Assembly: GCA_027297205.1 (NCBI GenBank)
Contig: JAPUIH010000197.1
Span: forward strand, 1-50,467
Source: SAR324 cluster bacterium
Lineage (GTDB): Bacteria; SAR324; JACQKK01
Direction: 5' to 3'
DNA: 50,467 nt
In this document: positions 1 to 8,119 of the stretch, piece by piece
How the letters are laid out: each line of letters begins with the position of its first letter
How positions within the stretch are numbered: position 1 is the stretch's first letter
The notes under the pieces: model-generated
Told to the model about the DNA's origin: nothing
Databases searched by the model: none
What the model saw: the letters and a program-made list of their open reading frames with translations, nothing else
Position numbers and translations under genes: made by a program

Positions 1-899
1 GCCCACACCGCAAAACTCAAAAAGGCGATGGCCGACGTGGCGTACACCATGGTCACGTAGCCAAACAAAGGCTTCTTGGAAAACGTGGGGATAATTTCGG
101 AAACCATGCCCATGGGCGGCAGGATCAGGACGTACACCTCGGGATGCCCGAACACCCAGAACAGATGCTGCCACAGAATTACGCTGCCGCCTTCAAACGG
201 TGCGTAAATTTTAGTGCCGAAGTAACGGTCGAACAGCAATTGTACCAGCGCAATTGTAATTACCGGCAGGGCCATCACCAGCAGAATGTTGGTAATGAGG
301 GCCGTCCAGGTGAACAGCGGCATCCGGAGCAGGGTCATGCCGGGGGCGCGCAGGTTGATGATGGTGGCCACGAAATTGATCGATGCGATCAGGGAACCCA
401 AACCCATAATCTGCAGGCCGATAACGTAAAAGTCGGTGCCGTGGTCGGAAAACTGAGTTGCGGTCAGGTTGGCATAGGCGAACCAACCCACCTGGGGAAG
501 CTGGCCGACCAGGAAACCGCCGTGGAACAACAGCCCTCCGGAGAGGAACACCCAGTAACTGAGGGCGTTGATGCGCGGAAATGCCACATCCCTCGCACCA
601 ATCTGCAGGGGAATAATGAAATTGAAAAAGGCCGCGTTGATCGGCATCACAAATCCGAAGATCATGATGATGCCATGCATGGTGAACATGGAATTGAAGG
701 TGCTGGCCGACAGGAAATCGTTGTTGGGAACCATTAGCTGGGTGCGCATCAGCATGGCCTCGATTCCGCCGACGATACCGAACACCAGCGCCGTAACACC
801 ATAGAGCACCCCAACGCGCTTGGCGTCCACCGTGGTGATCCAACTCCACGCACCGCCTCTTACGTAGCTGTACTTGGGATCCAAAACCGCTTCAGTCAT
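1..899 (-). CDS. ctaD: Cytochrome c oxidase (A-type heme-copper oxidase) subunit I, N-terminal ~299 codons; gene continues past the window start
   Basis: Absent from the ORF track because there is no stop inside the window. Manual minus-strand translation from ATG 899-897 gives MTEAVLDPKYSYVRGGAWSWITTVDAKRVGVLYGVTALVF... Near nt 1-200 it gives ...PFEGGSVILWQHLFWVFGHPEVYVLILPPMGMVSEIIP, a hallmark subunit I block. A GAGGAG SD (complement of 908-913) lies 8 nt upstream. The gene sits directly downstream of the subunit II gene. Confidence 0.9.
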   Translation of the reverse strand, partial: MTEAVLDPKYSYVRGGAWSWITTVDAKRVGVLYGVTALVFGIVGGIEAMLMRTQLMVPNNDFLSASTFNSMFTMHGIIMIFGFVMPINAAFFNFIIPLQIGARDVAFPRINALSYWVFLSGGLLFHGGFLVGQLPQVGWFAYANLTATQFSDHGTDFYVIGLQIMGLGSLIASINFVATIINLRAPGMTLLRMPLFTWTALITNILLVMALPVITIALVQLLFDRYFGTKIYAPFEGGSVILWQHLFWVFGHPEVYVLILPPMGMVSEIIPTFSKKPLFGYVTMVYATSAIAFLSFAVW

Positions 900-1000
900 T
901 TCGACTTCTCCTCGTCAGTAGCTCTCTTGACTGTTCTCCCGGCCTCGCCGGGGGGGCCAGGAGCAAGATCCATATCACGCCGGGGCAGGCGTTGCTTCGC

Positions 1001-2356
1001 TTACTTGGCCTGCTGCAAATAGGCTGCAATGTTTCCCAGTTCGCCCTTGAGATGCGGAAGCGCCGCCATCATCCGGGTGGTGCGCTTGGGCTTGTAGCCT
1101 GGCGGATAGCTCTTGCCGAAATTGGTGCTTCCGTTCATCACCCGCGCCGTGACCAACTCAATTGACGAACCCGCGATGGCCGGCCCGATAGGTCCGTCCT
1201 TGGCCGGATCGGTACCATGGCAGGCGACACAATTGACCATGAAAGCCTGCTTGCCTTTCACTGCGTCCGAACCGCCGCCGGATGGTGTCATTGCTGCCGA
1301 GGGGGCCGCTGCGGGGGCCATGGCCGCGCCGGGCTCACTGAGCAGGTAAGCAGCCAGTTGGGAGGCCTCCTGTTCGTTGACGGGAACCGGAAGCACCATC
1401 AGCGCGCCGGGTTTTATCTTCTGCGGATTTCGAATCCAGCGGGCCAGATTGGCAGGAGTGTTCTTGAGGATTCCCGAGGCAAGCGTGGTGCGGGTTTTCA
1501 AATCGTTCAGGTTGGGTCCGATAACGCCCACGGCGCCGGGCACGCCCTTGATGGTGTGACAGGCCACACAGGCCTTCTGAGCGAACAACCGCTGCCCGGC
1601 TTTGGCATCCGCGCCTTCCGCCACGGGCGGCTTGCTCTGGTTGGCCATCCACGCCTTAAACTTTTCCTCACTCTCCACGATGATGCGGAAGCGCATATTG
1701 GCATGGGAGATGCCACAGAACTCGGCGCACTGGCCATAGTAATAGCCCTCCTCCCTGGCATTGAACCAAACGGTATTGACATGGCCGGGAAGCGTATCGA
1801 TTTTCGCGGCAAGTTTGGGCATCCAGATACTGTGAATTACATCCTTTGAGAATGTATCGACGACAATGTCAGTGTGGACGGGGATATGTAATTCGTTGGC
1901 GGTCACGATGCCGTGGTTGGGATAGTTAAACTCCCACCACCACTGATGACCGATCGCCTCCACCTTGAATGCATCGTCGGTGGGTGGGCTGTAGGCGCGG
2001 AAGATACCCACCCAGGTCGGTACGGCGATAAAGACCAGCAGGATCGCCGGAACGATCGTCCAGGTAAGTTCCAGGATGACATTGCCATGTACCTGCTTTG
2101 GAATTTCCCCTGTCTTTTTGTCACGGAATCGCCACAGCGCATAAATAAGCGGCACAAATACGGCAATAAAGATTCCGATATCAATCCAGGTCACCAGGAC
2201 ATAGAGATCCTGAATAATCTGCGTGGCATCGGACTTTGGATCGACGGTCGTTTGAATGCCTTCTCCGAAGCAGCCCGCGAGGGCGAGCATGCTGAAGGCC
2301 AATGCAGGCCCCGCAAACAGGCGAGGGGTATGAGTCTGGTCAGCCTTGTTCTCCAT
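1001..2356 (-). CDS. ctaC: Cytochrome c oxidase subunit II fused to two C-terminal c-type cytochrome domains; probable lipoprotein
   Basis: 451 aa. Lipobox LALAGC. Two N-terminal TM helices. CuA site DVIHSIWMP...GQCAEFCGISHANM. Two CXXCH motifs (CVACHTIKG and CVACHGTD) separated by an Ala/Pro-rich linker. Confidence 0.9.
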   Translation of the reverse strand: MENKADQTHTPRLFAGPALAFSMLALAGCFGEGIQTTVDPKSDATQIIQDLYVLVTWIDIGIFIAVFVPLIYALWRFRDKKTGEIPKQVHGNVILELTWTIVPAILLVFIAVPTWVGIFRAYSPPTDDAFKVEAIGHQWWWEFNYPNHGIVTANELHIPVHTDIVVDTFSKDVIHSIWMPKLAAKIDTLPGHVNTVWFNAREEGYYYGQCAEFCGISHANMRFRIIVESEEKFKAWMANQSKPPVAEGADAKAGQRLFAQKACVACHTIKGVPGAVGVIGPNLNDLKTRTTLASGILKNTPANLARWIRNPQKIKPGALMVLPVPVNEQEASQLAAYLLSEPGAAMAPAAAPSAAMTPSGGGSDAVKGKQAFMVNCVACHGTDPAKDGPIGPAIAGSSIELVTARVMNGSTNFGKSYPPGYKPKRTTRMMAALPHLKGELGNIAAYLQQAK

Positions 2357-2742
2357 TTGACTTACAACTCCGCTTCATAAATTGCCGATTGTGCGGTGAA
2401 ATGGCGCGTGCGCGGCTTTCATCCCTTCCCGGTCAAATTTTTCCTTGTGGATCGCCTCTCCTTTGTTGCTTGCGGGTGGTCAAGTGCTGGTGCTGGCATC
2501 AGGACTTTTCTGGAACCCAGCATGCCTCAGGCAAAATGCTCCTTTTATTGTAACGCTATCCGGTGCGATGTGGCCTTCGCCGTTATGGGCCTGCTACGCT
2601 GCCGGAGTGTTAGGGTAGTCCCGAATTGCCGAGAAATGGCATGCCATTGGACACAAAACCTGCCGCGCAGCCACTTATTTGTCGCGCAAGTGGAATAAAA
2701 AAACTCGCTAACTTTGCCAGAGGAATTACCAAGATGCAACCT

Positions 2743-2785
2743 GAAAAAAGGAACCCCGCGGCCGGTGGGACCGAAAGCCGCGGGG
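2743..2785 (-). terminator. Rho-independent terminator downstream of the mraY-like gene
   Basis: Perfect 9-bp inverted repeat ccccgcggc (2754-2762) / gccgcgggg (2777-2785) with a 14-nt loop. On the minus strand it is followed by TTCCTTTTTTCAG (complement of the A-run 2744-2749). It starts 26 nt after the stop at 2812. Confidence 0.7.
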
Positions 2786-2811
2786 ACGCTGGATGCCGGC
2801 CGTAGGCCTGA

Positions 2812-4071
2812 TCAGCGCACTTTGAAATACACGACCAGGGCGAGCACGAACAACAGGATCGATATCATGTGCATGCGCCACACCACACGGCTGTTGACGT
2901 TTTCGCTGCGCATGAGCTGGTCTTCGGAGCCCGGCGGATGGATGCCCACCTTTTTCAGTAATTCCACCCACGCCGAAACCACTTTCCGCTCAGACTCCGA
3001 GTATGTCCACAGACTTTGCAAATGATGATGGTAAGGCGCGCGATAGAAAAATCGTATCCGCTCCGCTTCCTCCCGCCCTTTCGCCCAGAGCATTATCTTG
3101 AAGAATCCGCGTTGAATGATGGTGGAAAGGGTGGTCAGCACCAGCACGCCACCCACCAGCGGCAGAAACAACTCGGCTTTGGCGAATATGAACATAGCCG
3201 AAAAAGTACTGCCCAGCGCCAGGGCCCCCATATCGCCCATCGTAATCATGGCCGGCGGTGCGTTGTAACGCAGGAAGGCCAGCCCGGCGCTCAGCATCGC
3301 TGAGGAAAATATCACCAATTCGCGCAGATCCGGAGACAGCAGAGGCAGCTTGAGACGCCGGGCGAATTCGGGCTCGGCGCCCATATACGCCACCGCCGCG
3401 ACAAAGAGCGTGCAGGTCATGATGGGAACAGTCGCCAACGAGTCCATGCCGTCGGTGAGATTAACCGCATTGGCGCCGGCCACGACAATCAACACCATGA
3501 ACGGGACAAAAAATTCCCGGGGCAAATAGGGGTACCACCACTTGAGCGGAATGAAAGGCACCACCAGCTGCCCGTCGATATCGACGAATCTGTACAACCC
3601 CACCACGACTACAAACGCCACCACCACTTCCGCGAGTAGCCGCACGCGGCCACTGACGCCGTCCGCCTTGTCCGTATAGGATTTTTGTTTTTCCACCCCC
3701 TTGTTGACCCTGATCCGGTGCAGGATTTTCGCTATATCGTCCCAAGCTCCGATCGATCCAAAAGCCAGCATGATGATGAGCAGCGCGCCGATAAATTGAT
3801 TCCACTCGACCCACAGCAGAACCGAAATCACGATCGCAAGGATAAGCGGCCCGCCCCCCATGATGGGTTTGGCGCCCGCGTAGGGAGCGGGCGCCGCGGG
3901 CTCGGGCGCAACAAAATCCGCTGTGATGCCCTTGCGCCGGAACAGGCGGATGATAGGGGGCATTACCGCAATTATGATCCAGTACGTCGATAAGAACGAC
4001 AGCCCCGCACGGAATAACACGGACTTGAAGATTTGGTAGGGCCAAATTTGGTAGAGCAACTCAGCCAGCAT
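2812..4071 (-). CDS. mraY: Phospho-N-acetylmuramoyl-pentapeptide transferase (MraY) homologue / glycosyltransferase family 4, with a C-terminal insertion
   Basis: 419 aa polytopic membrane protein. Motifs: WDDIAKI; NAVNLTDGMDSLA (E. coli NAVNLTDGLDGLA); RAPYHHH...RVVWRMHMISILLFVLALVVYFKVR (E. coli [39 protein letters not shown]). Confidence 0.75.
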   Translation of the reverse strand: MLAELLYQIWPYQIFKSVLFRAGLSFLSTYWIIIAVMPPIIRLFRRKGITADFVAPEPAAPAPYAGAKPIMGGGPLILAIVISVLLWVEWNQFIGALLIIMLAFGSIGAWDDIAKILHRIRVNKGVEKQKSYTDKADGVSGRVRLLAEVVVAFVVVVGLYRFVDIDGQLVVPFIPLKWWYPYLPREFFVPFMVLIVVAGANAVNLTDGMDSLATVPIMTCTLFVAAVAYMGAEPEFARRLKLPLLSPDLRELVIFSSAMLSAGLAFLRYNAPPAMITMGDMGALALGSTFSAMFIFAKAELFLPLVGGVLVLTTLSTIIQRGFFKIMLWAKGREEAERIRFFYRAPYHHHLQSLWTYSESERKVVSAWVELLKKVGIHPPGSEDQLMRSENVNSRVVWRMHMISILLFVLALVVYFKVR

Positions 4072-4224
4072 GGAGGGCAGATAACCTGGTGCGGGGATCA
4101 GTTTACAGCTCGCCGCTCCAGCCGCGGACGCAGCCGGTGGCGGAGTCTTGGGAGACGCCTGAGGAATGAACCATGGTTCCCCGCGGGTCGGCTTCCGGCG
4201 GTTCGTCCTGCCGAAGCCCCGCGG

Positions 4225-4782
4225 CTATACGGTCATCAGTTCCTGTTCCTTGGATTTTACCAGTTCTTCAATTGATTTGACGTGCGTATCGGTCACCTCT
4301 TGAATTTTCTGATGGCCCACCTTTTCCTCGTCCTGGGAAATCTCCTTGTTTTTCTCTTTGGCTTTTAGCATATCGTTTGCGTCGCGCCTGATATTGCGCA
4401 TGGCAATTTTGCTATCTTCTCCCATCTTTTTTACGTGCTTGGCCAGTTCCTTGCGGCGCTCCTCGGTGAGCACGGGTATGGGCACGCGGATCATGTTGCC
4501 ATCGGATGAGGGGTTCAGCCCCAGATCGGAAGCCATGATCGCTTTTTCCACGTCCTTGATCGTGGACTTGTCGAAAGGCGTCACCGTAATCAGTTGGGCG
4601 TCCGGTGTGTTCAGGGTCGCCAACTGATTCAAAGGCGTGGACGTACCGTAATAATCCACCATAATTGGATTCAGAATCTCGGCGGACGCCCTTCCCGTGC
4701 GTACGGCCGCAAGATCGTTCTTCAACAAATCCAGGGTATGGTCCATCTTTTTCTTGGACGTATTCTGAATCTCAGCCACCAT
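4225..4782 (-). CDS. frr: Ribosome recycling factor
   Basis: 185 aa. Full-length RRF-like sequence: LKNDLAAVRTGRASAEILNPIMVDYYG...LNPSSDGNMIRVPIPVLTEERRKELAK. GAGGTGG SD upstream. Sits in the conserved pyrH-frr position. Confidence 0.95.
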   Translation of the reverse strand: MVAEIQNTSKKKMDHTLDLLKNDLAAVRTGRASAEILNPIMVDYYGTSTPLNQLATLNTPDAQLITVTPFDKSTIKDVEKAIMASDLGLNPSSDGNMIRVPIPVLTEERRKELAKHVKKMGEDSKIAMRNIRRDANDMLKAKEKNKEISQDEEKVGHQKIQEVTDTHVKSIEELVKSKEQELMTV

Positions 4783-4873
4783 GACGCCACCTCACTGTTC
4801 CAATGAACGATCAATTGGCTTTACGCTATCAGCGCCTGGGCCTGTGCGGTACCGCATCGCTCATGTATGGCGC

Positions 4874-5629
4874 TTAGGTGACCAGCGTACCCACGGCTTT
4901 ACCCCGGACGGCGTTGAAAAGCGTGCCTTCCTTTTCGATGTTCAATACCAGAATTGGAATTGCATTGTCCTTACAAAATGCCACTGCGGTTGTGTCCATC
5001 ACCCGCAACTCCTTCTGCAACACCTCCTGGTAGGTAAGCCGGTCAAACCGCACGGCATCCTCGTGGGTCTCAGGGTCTTTGTCGTAAATGCCATCCACGC
5101 GGGTGCACTTGATCAGCACGTCCGCACCAATTTCGGATGCCCGCAGTGCCGCGGCGGTGTCTGTGGTGAAAAACGGATGGCCCGTTCCCCCGGCGAATAT
5201 CACCGCGCGCCCTTTATCCAGATGCCTTTCAGCGCGCCTTCTAATATAGGGCTCAGCTATAGCGCGAATCTCGATGGCCGTCATTACGCGGGTATCCACC
5301 TTCTTTTGCTCGAGCACGTCCTGCAGGTAGATCGCATTGATGATAGTGCCCAGGATGCCCATATAGTCAGCGGAAATCCTGTCCATGCCTGGGGGCGCGG
5401 AACGCGTACCCCTAAAGATGTTTCCAGCTCCCACCACGAGGCCAATGCCGATTCCGCAATCAGCGATTTCATGGATCTGATTCGCGATGCTGTGAATGAC
5501 CCCGTAGTCAAACCCAATGCCTGCGCTGCCGCCAAATACCTCTCCGCTCAGCTTAAGAAGCACTCTCCGGTACTTCAATTTCCCGGATTGCGGCTTCACC
5601 CGTTTGCGCGGCTGGGTTTCCATCGCCAC
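4874..5629 (-). CDS. pyrH: UMP kinase
   Basis: 251 aa. YRRVLLKLSGEVFGG N-terminal amino-acid kinase motif, and GTGHPFFTTDTAAALRA. Lies between tsf and frr. Confidence 0.95.
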   Translation of the reverse strand: MAMETQPRKRVKPQSGKLKYRRVLLKLSGEVFGGSAGIGFDYGVIHSIANQIHEIADCGIGIGLVVGAGNIFRGTRSAPPGMDRISADYMGILGTIINAIYLQDVLEQKKVDTRVMTAIEIRAIAEPYIRRRAERHLDKGRAVIFAGGTGHPFFTTDTAAALRASEIGADVLIKCTRVDGIYDKDPETHEDAVRFDRLTYQEVLQKELRVMDTTAVAFCKDNAIPILVLNIEKEGTLFNAVRGKAVGTLVT

Positions 5630-5634
5630 TCCAA

Positions 5635-6489
5635 CTAGAATTGGAACTTTGCGAATTTCTCTAGGGTGATTTCCGTCCCCAGCTCGGTTGCGGCTTTGGA
5701 GACCACCTGATTTACCGACTTTTCCGGGTCCTTCACGAACTGTTGATCAAGGAGGGAGACCTCCCTGACGAACTTACCCATCCGCCCTTCGACCATCTTC
5801 GCCACAATCTCCGGCGGCTTGCCGGACTCCTCGGCCTGGGCCGTGAGGATTTCCCTTTCCTTGGCGACCACCTGTGGGTCTATTTGGTCGCTGCGCACCG
5901 CATGCACTTGGGAAGCAGCCACGTGCATGGCCAGGTCTTTCGCCAACTCTTCCAGGCTGTCCCGCCGCGCACCCTGGCCGGCACCGAGCACAATCAGCAC
6001 TCCGATCTTGCCATTGGAATGTACGTAGCCCCCCACCAGCCCATTCTGTGGTGCTTCCTCGCGAACGCCTTCAATGTACTGCAGATTTTCGCCCATGGTG
6101 CTGACGGCCTGGGTGATGTGCTCCTGCACGGTGCCACCGTCCGTGGCCATCGTCTGGGCGAGCACATCTGCGTCTCCGTTTTCCAATACCTGCCGGGCCA
6201 ATGCCTGGAGCAGGGTCTGGAACTGATCGTTCCGGGCCACGAAATCCGTCTCCGAGGCCAAGCGCACCATGGCCGCGCGGCCGCGGTCATCGGAATAAGC
6301 GATTGCGATTCCTCCTTCGGAGGTTTCCCGGGAGGATTTCTTCGCTGCAACCGCGATTCCCTTTTTCCGCAGAAAATCCTTGGCCTGCTCCAGGTCTCCA
6401 CCGGTTTCCTGCAGGGCGTGCTTGCAGTCCATCATTCCCGCCCCGGTGGTATTTCTCAATTCCATTACCGTCGCTGCTGATATGCTCAT
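5635..6489 (-). CDS. tsf: Translation elongation factor Ts
   Basis: 284 aa. UBA-like N-terminus VMELRNTTGAGMMDCKHALQETGGDLEQAKDFLRKKG. Immediately downstream of rpsB. Confidence 0.95.
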   Translation of the reverse strand: MSISAATVMELRNTTGAGMMDCKHALQETGGDLEQAKDFLRKKGIAVAAKKSSRETSEGGIAIAYSDDRGRAAMVRLASETDFVARNDQFQTLLQALARQVLENGDADVLAQTMATDGGTVQEHITQAVSTMGENLQYIEGVREEAPQNGLVGGYVHSNGKIGVLIVLGAGQGARRDSLEELAKDLAMHVAASQVHAVRSDQIDPQVVAKEREILTAQAEESGKPPEIVAKMVEGRMGKFVREVSLLDQQFVKDPEKSVNQVVSKAATELGTEITLEKFAKFQF

Positions 6490-6555
6490 TTCTGTATACT
6501 GCTTCCTTTGCCGCTGTGAGTTTTCATGGGTTTTACTCTGGGACGACGCCCTGTC

Positions 6556-7770
6556 TCAGGATTCCGCCTTGTCCCCGGAGGCGGCCTCCGCCTCCCCTAC
6601 CGTTGACCCATCCGCCGGCTGAGCCTCTTCCGCACCGGCGGAGGCGGTTTTATCGGCGGCGTCACTTGACTCGGGCGCTGCTGCCTCGGGAGTAGCTGCC
6701 TCGGGAGCAGCTGCGGTTTCACTCGACTCGGGCGCTGCCGCTTCTGGAGCGGGCGCCGCCGGCTCCGGAGCAACTGCGGCATCACTTGACTCGGGCTCCG
6801 TTGGCTGCAGAGCAGCTGCGGCGTCACTATCGGCCGCGGGCGCTGCTGCCTGAGGGGCCGAATCTTCCGCGGTTGTCTTTTCCGATGGTGCGTCGGCCTG
6901 AATAGTGGCCGCCATCTTGGCCACGGATTCCTGCAGGGCCTGGGCCGTGCCCTTGGGTTCGCCTGGGGGCGGTTCCTGGTATTCCGCCCCGTCTGCTCCC
7001 TCCTCCGATTCCACCCGCACTGCGATGCGCGGCACACGGCTGGGCTTGGTCTCTTCCTCAGGCATGGAGCGCAGATTTGCCTCGTAAAGGGCGCGGCCCT
7101 CAATAATCGCGTCACAGATGGTCATGGTGAACAGCCTGATCCCGCGGATGGCATCGTCATTTCCAGGGATCACGTAATCGATGCCGTCGGGATCGCAATT
7201 GGAATCCACCACCGCGATGATCGGGATGCCCAGCTTCTGCGCCTCCAGAAGCGCGATGCGCTCCTTTTTGCAGTCGATCACGAATATTGCGCCCGGCAGC
7301 CGGCGCATCTCCTTGATGCCACCCAGCGCTCTTTCCAGCTTGATCCGCGCCTTTTCCGTGCGCATGGCCTCCTTTTTGATCATGCCCTGATAGAGGCCGT
7401 CTTCGCCCCGCTGTTCCTCCATGCGCATCATCTTGCCCACGGACTGCTTGATGGTATTGAAGTTCGTCATCAAACCGCCCAGCCAGCGCTCATTAATATA
7501 AAAACTTCCACTGCGCTCGGCCTCCTCCTTGATGATGTCCTTGGCCTGGGGCTTTGTGCCCACCAGGAGCACGAATTCCCCCCTGGCGGTCAATTCCCGC
7601 GTGTACTCATAGGCTTCCTTAAGCAGGCGCAGGGTCTTTTGCAGATCGATGATGTGGATTCCGTTTTTCGCGCCAAAGACATAGGGGCGCATCTTGGGAT
7701 TCCAGCGCCTGGTTTGATGTCCAAAATGAACACCGGCTTCCAAAAATTGTTTCATTGAAACAACAGCCAT
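6556..7770 (-). CDS. rpsB: 30S ribosomal protein S2 with a ~150-aa Ala/Pro/Glu/Ser-rich C-terminal extension
   Basis: 404 aa. The N-terminal ~250 aa are canonical S2 ([27 protein letters not shown]...). The rest is a low-complexity acidic tail with repeats. GGAG SD lies 10 nt upstream. Confidence 0.95.
   Translation of the reverse strand: MAVVSMKQFLEAGVHFGHQTRRWNPKMRPYVFGAKNGIHIIDLQKTLRLLKEAYEYTRELTARGEFVLLVGTKPQAKDIIKEEAERSGSFYINERWLGGLMTNFNTIKQSVGKMMRMEEQRGEDGLYQGMIKKEAMRTEKARIKLERALGGIKEMRRLPGAIFVIDCKKERIALLEAQKLGIPIIAVVDSNCDPDGIDYVIPGNDDAIRGIRLFTMTICDAIIEGRALYEANLRSMPEEETKPSRVPRIAVRVESEEGADGAEYQEPPPGEPKGTAQALQESVAKMAATIQADAPSEKTTAEDSAPQAAAPAADSDAAAALQPTEPESSDAAVAPEPAAPAPEAAAPESSETAAAPEAATPEAAAPESSDAADKTASAGAEEAQPADGSTVGEAEAASGDKAES
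6662..6799 (-). repeat. In-frame imperfect tandem repeat inside the rpsB tail
   Basis: tcacttgactcgggcgctgc at 6662, tcactcgactcgggcgctgc at 6719 and tcacttgactcgggctcc at 6782. Periods are 57 and 63 nt, both multiples of 3. They encode reiterated ...AAPESS(D/E)(A/T)AA... units. Confidence 0.7.
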
Positions 7771-7953
7771 TGAAATTGCTCCGGTAAGTAAAGGCTTAGA
7801 TTTCGGTTTCAGAGAGCTGGCGCCACGCTCCGGGCCGGACGGGCGGCGTATCAGAACGGCGATGCCAGGATGGGGTTAAGCGGGGAAGCCGGTCCAATTG
7901 GAGCCGCCGCGGCTACTGGGTTCCGGCCAACCGGTGCAAGTCTGCCTTGCTCC

Positions 7954-7981
7954 AAAATTCCCGCCGGACGGCGGATTTTTG
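7954..7981. terminator. Short GC hairpin flanked by A- and T-runs (bidirectional terminator-like); could terminate secA or act as an attenuator in an rpsB leader
   Basis: aaaattc-CCGCC-ggac-GGCGG-atttttg. The stem is 5 bp and all GC. The T5 run lies on the + strand and the T4 run on the - strand. It lies 140 nt downstream of the secA stop. Confidence 0.35.
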
Positions 7982-8011
7982 CGGGCAAATGCCATTGAAC
8001 ATTCTGACCTA

Positions 8012-8040
8012 ATTAGAGTTATATATCGGATTTCTTGCAA
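8012..8040 (-). promoter_or_regulatory. Candidate sigma70-type promoter for the rpsB-tsf operon
   Basis: The minus strand reads TTGCAA-N17-TCTAAT within the only AT-rich block of the secA/rpsB spacer. It would give a ~230-nt leader. This is a motif match only. Confidence 0.3.
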
Positions 8041-8119
8041 CGGCACAAGAATTATCGCCACGGCCCAACCGAAAAAATAGCGGAAACGGGAAAATGCCAA
8101 GGCCGGGCAGCCCTGCTGC

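Noticed and set aside
144-849. Track ORFs 144..737(+) and 211..849(-) at the left edge.
   Set aside because: A third frame (minus strand, ATG 899) encodes a textbook cytochrome oxidase subunit I sequence, including GHPEVY. These two are off-frame shadows.
4179-4225. A long imperfect GC hairpin (ccccgcggg ... ccccgcggc) immediately 3' of frr. The same CCCCGCGG motif occurs in the terminator at 2754-2785.
   Set aside because: No U-run follows it on the coding strand. The shared 8-mer is a short GC palindrome expected by chance at this GC content. I found no evidence for a REP-like repeat family.
7871-7950. Plus-strand resemblance to the cobalamin riboswitch core: GUUAAGCGGGGAAGCCGGUCCAAUUGGAGCCGCCGCGGCUACUG against consensus ..AAxAGGGAAxxxGGUGxxAxxCC..GCxGxCCCGCxACUG. 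A hairpin + T5 follows at 7961-7980.
   Set aside because: The conserved GGUG and CCCGC positions deviate, and I see no B12 box. The plus strand here has no downstream gene, because it runs antisense into secA. It is more likely a chance match in a GC-rich leader. A cmsearch with RF00174 would settle it.
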